64,000 bases of DNA from the human T2T-CHM13v2.0 reference genome, Homo sapiens: NCBI RefSeq assembly GCF_009914755.1, contig NC_060928.1. One strand, written 5' to 3'. This document shows, piece by piece, positions 1-11,633 of the stretch; within the stretch, counting starts at the first letter, position 1; the number at the start of each line of letters is the position of its first letter. The position numbers and the translations under genes were made by a program. A model generated the notes under the pieces. The model was not told the origin of the DNA, made no database searches, and saw nothing but the letters and a program-made list of their open reading frames with translations.

Positions 1-129
1 CCGGCCCACCGACTCAAACGTCAGTCTCCTCTAGCAACACCCTCACAGACACACCCAGAAACAATACTTTACCAGCTGTCTAGGCATCCTTCAGTCCAAT
101 CAAGTTCACATCTAATATTAACCATCACA
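1..129 (-). mobile_element. MLT2 (ERVL) LTR, 5' part; continues off the left edge
   Basis: The reverse complement begins TGTGATGGTTAATATTAGATGTGAACTTGATTGGACTGAAGGATGCCTAG, an MLT2 start. It is homologous to the MLT2A copy at 55643. Confidence 0.85.
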
Positions 130-1262
<1,133 letters not shown>

Positions 1263-1616
1263 GCCTTATTTATTTTCTCACACCCGCATTTCTCTAACAG
1301 GGAGGCCACAGTGACATTTGACTTCTTAGATATTGCTCTATTCAAGGGCCTTGGATATAAGATCTGGGTGTTCCCTTCTTTCCAAGGTATAGCACCTACA
1401 TAGGTGGCTGTAGTTTCTTTTGGGAGCACTGGGGAATCCATACTGCATAGGCTATGCTGTATATCCTGCATGTATGCATCCTTCCTCATGGACCCGTATG
1501 GACCTTTTCTTTACTCAATGAATTGTGGGTCTGAGAACTGGCTTAGGTCTTGAAATTGGGCAAGAAGGCATAACTTCCCGCTAGGAATGGCTGACTTTAG
1601 CCTCCTTATCATCCAT

Positions 1617-1800
1617 TCTTTTTTTTTTTAATTTTTGTGGGTACACAGTAGGTGTACATATTTATGGGGTACATGAAATGTTTTGATACAGGCATGCAGT
1701 GAGTACTAATCACATCACATAAAATTGGGTCTCCATTCCTTAATGCATTTATCCTTTGTGTTACAAACAATCCAATTATACTTTCAGTTATTTTAAACTG
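1617..1800 (-). mobile_element. L1MA-type 3' end fragment
   Basis: Poly-T followed by TTTTTGTGGGTACACAGTAGGTGTACATATTTATGGGGTACATG, an L1 3' UTR. Confidence 0.8.
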
Positions 1801-2110
1801 ATCATTCATTCTTGATCTCTCTTTAGAGCTTAAAACTGCACTAAGATTTTTAGGATACCCTGTAAACAATGCCCTTGTTGCCTGCCCACTTATCTTTCCC
1901 CTAGAAACACCATGTTTCTAGAAACACCTCCCTGGATCTCCCCTGACTGTCATTCCAGATTCACTGTCCTTATTATGCCATCTAGCTTCTGACGATTAAG
2001 TGCTGCTGGCCTCTGCTACTGTGTGATCAGTTCTGTAGTGTCATCTCTTGTCAGCCCCAACCTACAGAAGACAGCTGCCACTGAGTTTCTCAGTGTGCTG
2101 GTATCCTCAC

Positions 2111-2550
2111 TGTCATGGGTAGCAACTGCCTAGGGCTGGTGGCACAGATGGTAAAAAGAATTTATCAAGATAGTTTTAGGTAAAGAAAGGCAGATTTATT
2201 GGAAAAAGTAGGAAAATGTATTTCAGGAAAGCAATGGGCAAGTCAGCAAGAGAGGAGCTGACTGCAAGGAGACAAAAGCTTGCTGGGGATTTTATAGGAT
2301 GGTGCTTGTGCTGTGTGCTGAAGAGGGCTTTGTGCGGTACTGATAATGCCAAGGTCGCAGTGAGCTAACTTGCATTTTTCTATCAGCCGAGTGTCTGGTG
2401 ATAGCTGGGCGCAGGAAGATGGTGAGTTATTTGCACAGGATGGCTCTGTGTCCTGGACCATGAAGAAAGGCAAACTTACAGCTTATCTGTTTTTTTGCTT
2501 TACCCTGGTCCCAACCATCTTGACTCCTTTTCCCTAATTAGGACTCCAAA
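2111..2550 (-). mobile_element. Solo ERVL-class LTR (LTR47-like, tentative)
   Basis: 5-bp TSD CTCAC at 2106-2110 and 2551-2555; one intact TG/CA terminus; AATAAA on the minus strand. Confidence 0.7.
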
Positions 2551-3379
2551 CTCACCAGTGCATTCCTTATCACCTGCATCCATGCAGTGTTCTCCCCAGG
2601 AGCATGGTCAACTGACCTCCCGTGGGAGAACTATTCTAGCATGTCCACTTCTCCAAGCCTCTTGATTCTTTTCTCCACAGTCAGTGCTGGTAGTTCTGCC
2701 ATCTTTACTTCATTTTTTTGTAGGTCAACACTTTCTGCAAGTTTCCAGGACTTATCCAAGCGGTGTATGAGACCCACATCCTGGGACCCTTGCCAGGTAG
2801 CTAATTCTGAGTGAAAGAGGAGTGCCCCCTTATAGAGAAACTCTCTCTTATCCAGTTTTATATTCCAACCTTTTGGTCCAGCACCATGGAGATTCACTTC
2901 CAGGCATACTCACCAGTTCTTGCCAGTACACATCAGCCAGGTTCTGAGCTGCTTGGGTGTAGAATCCCTCTTCTCCCTTAGCAGGCTCTGCTTTCCCTGT
3001 TAGGTTGTGCTGACATCTGACCTTAATTATGAATTTTGTGGCTGGGAGTGGAGGTAGAGCAGATCCTGAGGAAGACAGATGTTGTCTTATAAGGCACTGT
3101 CTCACTATCTGGTCTTCAAGTAAGAAGGGCCCACTATCTTCCAATTAGGCCATGTGGGCCACTTCTGAAGTTCAAGGATTCCAGAGAATATTACAGTGAG
3201 AGCTCTCGATTGCATCTACCTATTGTCCCCAACCTAAGCCTTGGGGTCTCACTCCTTCCCTACCAAAGCTCTGAGTTCATCTTCCCACCAAACCAACCCT
3301 TCTTGGTTTTCTTTCATAACATAAGAAAGAGTCATTTATTGAAAGCACTGGGCTAAATTTTGGAGCATAAAGAGATATG

Positions 3380-3830
3380 ACTAGTGCCTTCCTTCATGGG
3401 ACAAGAGTGAGTTCACATTGGCTCAAGCCAATGACCGTTTCCCATCTCCTTTGCCACATGACTGTGTTAGGGTTGGGAATTTAACCCAAGTGAAGCCAAG
3501 AGGACATGAAGACTTAGCTGAGGCTCTGGGAAATAGGGTCCTGCACTCTTTATTGAATTTGCTGCTCCAAAGACGTGAAGCTTGCAGTGGGCTTCCTCTG
3601 CAGCATCTTGAAACCAGGATGGGGAATCCCAGAGATTCTGGGAGTTGAAGTCAGGAGATGCTGCCATAAACACCTGGCAGGGGAACCAAGCTAGAAGCAG
3701 CACTGTGGAGAAGAGAATCCTGCTGACACAATTCCTTCTCTCGGTCAGGCCATACTCAACTGCACATCTGACTTGTGTGAAACGGTAGCCTCCCACTTCT
3801 GTTTAAGTCAGTCTGAGCATTTTGTCATGG
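3380..3830 (+). mobile_element. Old MaLR LTR (MLT1J/K-like)
   Basis: Degenerate MLT1 motifs (ATTGGCTCAAGCCAATG...GCAGCATCTTG...TTTAAGTCAGTCTGAG). Confidence 0.5.
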
Positions 3831-4043
3831 TGTCCACCCTAAAGAAGTTCATAGTGCAGCAAAAATCAGTCACAGTTTATGATAATCTGACTCATATTTT
3901 ATATGATTCCCTCAAAAACTGTTCAGTTATTGTTTCCTTCAGTTGGGAAGCTAGATTGTCTGCTCTGTTGAGTCCCGGTCTTAGGCCTTCTCCACCAGAA
4001 TGCATATTTATAGAGGACATTCAATATACACTTAATGCATTGT

Positions 4044-4430
4044 GTAGAAATTAAAAGAAGACCAATCAAATGAGAACTATGAAAAGTTGTTCATTCAGAG
4101 CTTGCTACAACAAGTGAATCACCCACTATTACTTGCGTTGTTGCAGAGACTCAACGGAAGGCAGAGGAGTGGGAAAGCTTCAGAGTAGAAAAAAGAGAAG
4201 GCATCAGGTGTGCCCTGATGGAGACCATGACCTGGGGAAGCTGCAGGCGGGCTGGCTAGAGGCGAGCATCCTATGTGATTGGTTAGGGGGGCATACTTGG
4301 TGTTGGAAGCAGGGACAAAAGTTAGGGAAGCTGTCAGTTATTAATCAAATCTTGGCCATTTAGGGCCAGTTGTTACAGAAGCATTTTATATATGGTCTGG
4401 CCATGGCTCATTTTGTATATTCAGTCTCTC
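4044..4430 (-). mobile_element. ERV1 LTR (MER31/MER67-like)
   Basis: Minus strand starts GAGAGACTGAATATACAAAATG; CCAATC box; LTR-like length. Confidence 0.55.
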
Positions 4431-4926
4431 TATTGATTGAATCTCCTTTCCCTAATTTATATCAAAAATAGACTTTTCAAGAATAGTTTGGGGATTGTTG
4501 TCTTTGTTGCTAAAACTTAAAAAAAAAAATGTGTCTAGTACTGTCGCTGCCTTCAGGGCTGATTCAAATCCAATATGGATTTAGAGAATTAAACCCAATC
4601 TATGGTGATATTGAAGAGAAGCTCAAAATGAGAAAAACAACTCTACTCAGACTAAATACACAATAATTAATTTGGATGCTGCACTTAGCAATGAAAGACA
4701 GAACCTAAAAGGGCATTTCTCAACCCCTGGAGTGTGTCTCGAGCAGTGAAACCAAAATTAGTGATGATTAGGAATCGAAAAAGTCTTCCTCATCAGGCAG
4801 AAGTTCTAGAAATTATTAACACATTTCACATGTTAAATGATGATACCAAGTATAAATATTATGTAAGTACAGCCACATATCCAGTGCTGGGGGGTATATT
4901 TTTAGACTGAATTTAAGAAACTTAAG

Positions 4927-5192
4927 GGCTGGGCGCGGTGGCTCACGCCTGTAATCCCAGCACTTTGAGAGACCAAGAAGGGCGGATCACCTGAGGTCAG
5001 GAGTTTGAGACCAGCCTGACCAACATGGAGAAACCCCGTCTCTAGTAAAAATACAAAATTAGCCAGGCGTGGTGGCACATGCCTGTAATCCCAGCTACTT
5101 GGGAGGCTGAGGCAAGAGAATTGCTTGAATCTTGCAGTGAGCCAAGATTGCACCATTGCACTCCAGCCTAGGTGATAGAACGAGTCTAGATA
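4927..5192 (+). mobile_element. AluS with small right-arm deletion
   Basis: Alu consensus; TSD aagaaacttaa. Confidence 0.9.
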
Positions 5193-5582
5193 GAAGAAAC
5201 TTAAAAAAGTGCACAGCAAATATTTTTTAAAAAGAGGAATAAGATTCTAGGATAAGTTTAATATTTGTAACAATTACCCTTTAAAAATAGAAAGCTGATC
5301 AGCAAGAAAGACTCTGATAACCAATTTGATGATGTTACAGCTACATTTTCACAGTATATGTTCATAAACTTAAGTACTGGAATTAAAACAAAGCAGCACA
5401 TATGGTAAGACTAACAAAATGTAAAGTGACAGATGTCTATAAATATGAAAATCATGTATAGTATAGTTCATTAATTACCTGTCATTGGATCTTAAAATTA
5501 GGAATGATATTTATTCCCACTCAGCCATTTAATGAATAGACTTTGAATGAGGAAAATAAGATATAACAAGCTGGGGCTTTTT

Positions 5583-5941
5583 ATATATATATATATTTTT
5601 TTTATTATACTTTAAGTTCTAGGGTACATGTGCACAACGTGCAGGTTACATATGTATACATGTGCCATGTTGGTGTGTTGCACCCGTTAACTCGTCATTT
5701 ACATTAGGTATATCTCCTAATGCTGTCCCTCCCCCCTTCCCCTACCCCAAACAGGCCCCAGTGTGTGATGTTCCCCTTCCTGTGTCCAAGGGTTCTCATT
5801 GTTCAATTCCCACCTATGAGTGAGAACATGCGGTGTTTGGTTTTTTGTCCTTGCGATAGTTTGCTAAGAATGATGGTTTCCAGCTTCTTCCATGTCCCTA
5901 CAAAGGACATGAACTCAACATTTTTTACGGCTACATAGTAT
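5583..5941 (-). mobile_element. 5'-truncated L1PA (PA4/5-like) 3' end
   Basis: L1PA 3' UTR; TSD AAGCTGGGGCTTTTT at 5568-5582 and 5942-5956; tail decayed to (TA)n. Confidence 0.92.
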
Positions 5942-6012
5942 AAGCTGGGGCTTTTTTAAGGTGTTACTTTACTTTTAACAATCATGCAATCAGAAGTATT
6001 GTGTTGATTTTT

Positions 6013-6135
6013 GTGGGGGAAAGTGGGGTCTCACTATGTTGCCCAGGCTGGTCTCAAACTCCCAGCCTCAAGTGGTCCTCCCACCTCAGCCTCTCAAAGT
6101 ACTGGGATTACAGGTGTGAGTCACTGCACCCAGCT
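6013..6135 (-). mobile_element. FLAM / free left Alu monomer
   Basis: Single Alu arm; TSD ttgtgttgattttt. Confidence 0.85.
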
Positions 6136-6205
6136 TTGTGTTGATTTTTACTACACTGTCATAGTGTGAATATTGCAAACTAGAGCTTAATTTAAATTTA
6201 AATAT

Positions 6206-6402
6206 ACAGTTGGCCCTCTGTATCTGGGGGTTCCGCATCCATGGATTCAACCAACCAGGGATCAAAAATATGTAGAAAAAAAAATGGATGGTTGCATCTG
6301 TACTGAAAATGTACAGACTTTTTTCTTGGCCTTATTTCCTAAACAATACAGGGTAACAACTACTTACATAACGTTTACATTGCATTAGGTATTATAAGTA
6401 AA
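6206..6402. mobile_element. MER2 (Tigger family) DNA transposon fragment
   Basis: TA-CAGTTGGCCCTCTGTATCTG..GGTTCCGCATCCATGGATTCAACCAACC terminal motif. Confidence 0.75.
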
Positions 6403-7059
6403 TGGTGTAACTAGTAGAATCAAGTATATTAAAGGAAAATTATTAATATTTGACCTGTTTGATATCAACATTAACATCAGAGTAAAAAAAATAGCAATGT
6501 TCAACTTTCTTTCTCCTAGGAAACATTCCTAGGTGGTTGAGGAGGGTGACTTACGACTTCCTCTCAAAGATATCTAAACCAAGACGTCTTCAACTTTAGC
6601 CTGCAAATGCATCACCTGGAAATCGAGGTGTAGGGTGGGCCCTGAGTTTGCCTTTCTAAGGAGAGATGCTAACAAGATCTGGACCATCAGCCACTCAAGA
6701 TCTTTAACATGTTTCATACCTGTCGACACCCTGATACACCTTGGCCTCTGAAATACTTTACAAGCTTTGCTAAAGAACACGTTCATAATGTACCAGTTCT
6801 TTAGCACTGATTCCCTTAGGGAAATCTGTTCTTCAAGGCAAGTTTCCCATTGCAGTTCTCTATCAACCTGGCGGGGGAAATTACTGCCAATCATTGACCA
6901 AGCAGCACAGATTGGGAGAACTCCGTACCTTGGCTCTATAAGCAACATCACTGTTCAGAGTGGTCATCCGAAGCATGCAGATTGGAGATACTATGAACTC
7001 TGATCACATAAATGAAGGATTCACTGTACTTTTGTAAGCAGAGAGGGTTTCCAGGGATT

Positions 7060-7526
7060 TTAGGAAATGAATAATCAACCTGAGGAAGCAGCCTGTTTTA
7101 CAGCCTCTTGCCCTGCAGCCTGTGTGGAATGCAGTCGCCTTGCTGGTTGGAACCAGCAACTGACAGACCCCAGCAACTTATAGATGAACCCCAGTGAAGT
7201 TTCTTCATGCCATGCTAAAGCCCTCCTCCCCTAGAGGAGCTATAGCTTTATTATCATAACCTGTGACCCATCATGGCATGTAGAGGGGGGGTCTGGGCCA
7301 CTGGGACCCCCCCCATACACATGCCATGATGCACCTCTCCCTTCTCTATCACTCCATCAAACCCTCCTGTCACTTTCCCTTGGGAAGATACGGCTTTGGA
7401 GAACACTTCCCGTGTGTGTCTTACTTGTGCCAAGTAACACAATGCCTATTGATCAAAATCTGAGTTCTCCTGGAGAGTCGTTTGTTACTCACCAGGCAAA
7501 TAAGCCCCAGTTTTTGGGAGGTAACA
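7060..7526 (+). mobile_element. ERV1-class solo LTR (subfamily uncertain)
   Basis: LTR-like U3/R/U5 text ending ...GGAGGTAACA; degenerate polyA region near 7435-7445. Confidence 0.65.
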
Positions 7527-8141
7527 TTATGAAATATTCTGAAGTAGTCCCATGAAAGATTTCTACTTTCCTTTTCAAATTATTGATAAATAAATGAGCT
7601 TGCTTTGGGCTATGGAGATAGTTTTACATGAATAAATCAATTCCTCTGAGCAGGGGCACCAGTGTGGAGATACAGGCTGACCCACCAGCTCTCTCCTGTC
7701 CCTGGGTGGGAGGGGCTGGGCCGGTGCCTCCCCTGGATTGTTTCCTGTTTAGGCATTGCCAGAGGCGGGATGAGAAGAAAGGGCTGTGGGGATCTGAGGC
7801 TTGGAATTCCAAGATTGCTCCCAACTAAGCTGTGGTGCTTAGATGGACACCTGCACACCCCGTTATCCTCTGGCTGGTCCTACATGTTCAAGGACCCTTA
7901 AGGGGCTCTCCACAACAGACTTTCATCTCTTCTTCCGAATTGGCCTGCTCTCTGTTCAATTCCCTCAAGGCAGGGATGGATGACTGGCAAAGTTATCCAA
8001 GTGTTACGTGAGAGAAAGAGAACTATTTCTTTTGTCTGAGTCCTTTGTCTATCTTTTTCTTTTCAAGTATTCCCTGTCCTTCAAGAGCCAGGTGAATGCC
8101 ACGTCCTCTTCAGAGCCTTCCTGGATGTCACAGCCGACCAT

Positions 8142-8696
8142 TGCTGGGGCTCAGAAAAAGCTACCTGAACATATGGCGCTCTGGCCTGCAGAGTACTTTG
8201 AACTGGAGGAGATTGGAAGCCTTCAGCAATGGCCTCAGCACTAAGATCTCTCTGACCTTCTCTTGCCCTTGTGTCTCGCTCCTCTTTCTCCCCTAAGCAC
8301 AGGGAGGGGCTGTCCCTGAACTTTCCTTGTCTCCTTAAAGATAGATCTAAAAAGGAACTCAGTTTCTCCTCCAGAGACAAGATTCACTGTATCATAGGAG
8401 AAGAGACTGGGGGTCCGGGCCACTCACAGACATCGCCATAGGCTATCGCCTGTTCGTCTTCCCCAAAAAGCACTTATTCTCCCCTAAGCAGCCTACATGC
8501 CCGATCCCCTCTTCTTTATGAAGAAGTAGATAAGCTTGTCAATTTCACTGGGTTTTGGGTACTCACTTTTGTTTCTCGTGCTGCTCCCATCCGTGTAATA
8601 AATGTGCATGTTTTTTTCTCCTGTTCATCTGCCTACTGTCCTGGAGTCAATTATGAAAACTCAGAGAGTAGAGAGAAAGTGTTTTCTGTCCCTATA
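8142..8696 (+). mobile_element. MER39/MER34-family ERV1 solo LTR
   Basis: Starts TGCTGGGGCTCAGAAAA..ATATGGCGCT; AATAAA at 8597; ends ..CCCTATA. Confidence 0.75.
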
Positions 8697-9196
8697 GGAG
8701 GCAGCCGTTGCTCTCATGGCACTCATCACTGTCTGCCTGGCGTCATGCGTAAGTACCCGGTTGCCCCTAAAAGATTGCAAGCTCTGTGGGAGCGGAAACT
8801 GTGTCTCATTCATCTCCTGCAGGCACTCAGGAAGGAGGAAGAAATGGATGAAGCCTCTTATGTCCTAAGGCCTGCTAAGGTGCTTATGTAATCAAATTTT
8901 ATCTTATCCTTATAATATGTGTTGCTTTACCTTTGATCACTGTAATGCCACTTATATAGCATGTTATAATTTATAAAGACATTTTCATATACTTTCTTTT
9001 TACCAACATTAATTTCCAACATCCTTCCATGCGTGTGATATTTTGCGGACAGTGTAGCTATCTGTTCTTTTGCCCCAAAATTACAACCAGCAGATGGCTG
9101 CCTCCATCCCCACTTAGAGATGTTGCCTGGCCGACAGCTCTCTGACTTCACAAAGAGGTCATCAGTCATCACAGAACCACAGAATCATGATGTGAG

Positions 9197-10857
9197 GGCG
9201 GCTCGCACCCCAGCGCGCACCCAGGCACCTTAGAGTCCCCGGCTTTGGCTCCCCTGGGTCCCCTGGTTGTGCGCCAGGCAAGATGTTGAGATGCACACTG
9301 GAAAACCGGAACGCTCAAACCAAGCAACTGCAAGCAGCTGTCTCAAATATGGAGAAGCATTTGGGAGAACTGTGCCAAGTCTTTGCTGCCTATGTGCGGA
9401 AAACTGCCAGACTGCGAGACAAAGTGGACCGAGGATGAATGAAATCAACTCATATGCCGCTACAGAGGCCCCACATCTAAGGCTGGGCCTGATGAACTTT
9501 GCTGATGAGTTTGCCAAACTTCAGGATTATTGACAAGCAGAGGTTGAAAGACTTGAAGCCAAAGTAGTTGAACCCTGGAAAGCTTATGGAACCATTGTAA
9601 AAATGAAACGGGATGACCCCAAAGCAACATTCACAGCAAGGAATCGAGAAGCTAAGCAATTAACTCAGGTAGAAGGAACAGGTCAGCGAAACCCACCTCA
9701 TCTGATCGACATGTTATTGTATCCTTTGAATTTCGACCTTTAAAAAAAACGTTTTTTAGGCCAGGCATGGTGGCTCACGCCTGTAATCCCAGCACTTTGG
9801 GAGGCTGAGGCGGGCAGATCACGAGGTCAGAAGTTCGAGACCAGTCTGGCCAACATAGTGAAATCCCATCTCTACTAAAAATACAAAAAAAAAAAAAAAA
9901 AAATTAGCCAGGCGTGGTGGTGGGCGCCTGTAATCCCAGCTAATCAGGAGGCTGAGGCAGGAGAATGGTGTGAATCCAGTGGTGGAGGTTGCAGTGAGCC
10001 AAGATCACGCCATTACACTCCAGCCTGGCTGACAGTGCAAGACTCTGTCTCAAAAAAAAAAAAATGTTTTTTTAAGGTTGTTACTGCCCAGCTCAGCCAG
10101 AAACCACATGAGGAGTGGCTCTTTGAGAGCCTGAGGGGCTCATTCCTGAAGGGAGTCCCTGGAGCAGGGGTTTGGGGCTGCGCCAATTGCTTGGTCCTTC
10201 TTCCTTTGGAGCAAAGGCAGACACAGAATTACAAAGAGCTGCAATGGATGCTACCCGAACAAGTCATCATCTGGAGGAAACTATTGACAACTTTGAAAGG
10301 CAGAAAATAAAGGCTATAAAGACTATATTTTCCAAATTTATCACAATCAAAATGTTATTTCACAGCAAAGCTTTAGAGGTCTACACAGCTGCCTACCAGA
10401 ATATACAAAAGATTGATAAGCATGAAGATTTAGATTTACATGTTTTCCTAAATTCCCTGTATGCACCAGATTATTCATCTCGTTTAGATATGGTAAGAGC
10501 AAATTCAAAGTCACCTCACCAGAGATCATGTCAGCTAAGTGTGTATCTGGAACAGGACAGGTATCCACTACCAACTAAGAAAGGATCAGCAAGCAGATGA
10601 TAATGAGGATGAAGAGTCAGATGTTACAGAAGAAGACAATTTTCTCAAGTAAACTACACATTTCCATTTTCATCATAAATGACATGAAATCCACAATGAC
10701 TAAATTGTAGAACTTTATACTCACTTTGATATGGTAAGCCTCAAAATGAAATTCAACTAGAAATGGAAAAATAATTAAAGGAAACTTACGCTGACCAAAA
10801 ATGAAGGCTTTAAAAAATATTACACACCAGTCATTTCAACATCCAAAAAAAAAAAAA
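9197..10857 (+). pseudogene. CIBAR1P2: Processed pseudogene of CIBAR1 (FAM92A1); probably CIBAR1P2/FAM92A1P2
   Basis: ATG 9283 MLRCTLENRNAQTKQLQAAVSNMEKH..ELCQVFAAYVRKTARLRDK; NEINSYAATEAPHLRLGLMNFADEFAKLQDY*; ADTELQRAAMDATRTSHHLEETIDNFERQK; EEDNFLK*(10652). GC-rich 5' UTR, poly-A 10845-10857, frameshift near 9430, stop at 9531-9533. The parent gene is secure; the P2 label is from memory of the locus. Confidence 0.92.
9759..10063 (+). mobile_element. AluS (Sg-like) inserted in the CIBAR1 retrocopy
   Basis: Full Alu; TSD aaaa(c/t)gttttt(t)ta on both sides. Confidence 0.93.
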
Positions 10858-11633
10858 TGACTTGAGCGTAGCAATTTGTTCTCTACTACAGGTGAGGGAA
10901 AGAAACCCTTGACCCTGAAAAGAAGTGTTTTGCTTAATATATTATCAGAACTGGGAAGAGGGTTGTCTCTTTTCTCCTCCTCCTCTTCTTTTTTAAATTA
11001 ACACCCCTTGTTTCCAAAAATCTATTCTATTAGCTTCAAATTGCCTTTTTGTTTCATTCTACTTTTCATTTAGATTGCCTTCTTTTGTTCTCATTTCTTT
11101 CTCTATTTCTTGTAAATTTTCATCTCTTCTTTGCTATTGTCCGTTTCTTTGAACCCTTCATATATTTATTGTCTAACCATGTAAAATGTGGTATGAACAA
11201 TAGTCATCTTATTCCCTTTCACTTAATTTTTTGGTATCATTTATTTTCTGTCCTTTCATCAGTGTCTCATTTTATGAATTTTCTACATTATCACTTCCTC
11301 CATTATTTCAATTATTTTTTCATTTAACATCCAGATGATCCAAAAACAAACAAACAAACAAAAAAACAAGTTCAGAGAATTATATTACAAACACCTGTGG
11401 GCCCACTATTCGGCTTTATCTGAAATTTTGCCAAATTTGTTTCAGGTTTTTGTTTTCTTGGGAAATAAAAAATAGGTTAAGAAAGTCCTCTTCTACTCCT
11501 GTTTTGGTAAAAACAAAATGTTATCATGAAGTGATGTTGAATTTTATCAAGAGCTATTTCTGTATTTCCCATGATGCTCCCATTTTTTCTCAATTTGTTG
11601 GTATGACAAAATAAACAAAATTTTCTGATTTTA

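Larger units (their letters stand above)
1270..3300 (-). mobile_element. ERVL-class internal sequence (gag-pro remnant), interrupted by L1 and an LTR
   Basis: ORF 2631-2897 GWNIKLDKREF...EVKMAELPALTVEKRIKRLGEVDMLE resembles HERV-L gag. ORF 1154-1489 SPVLP..IPWKEGNTQIL resembles the ERVL pre-protease HWGKGNNQTF segment. Confidence 0.7.
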
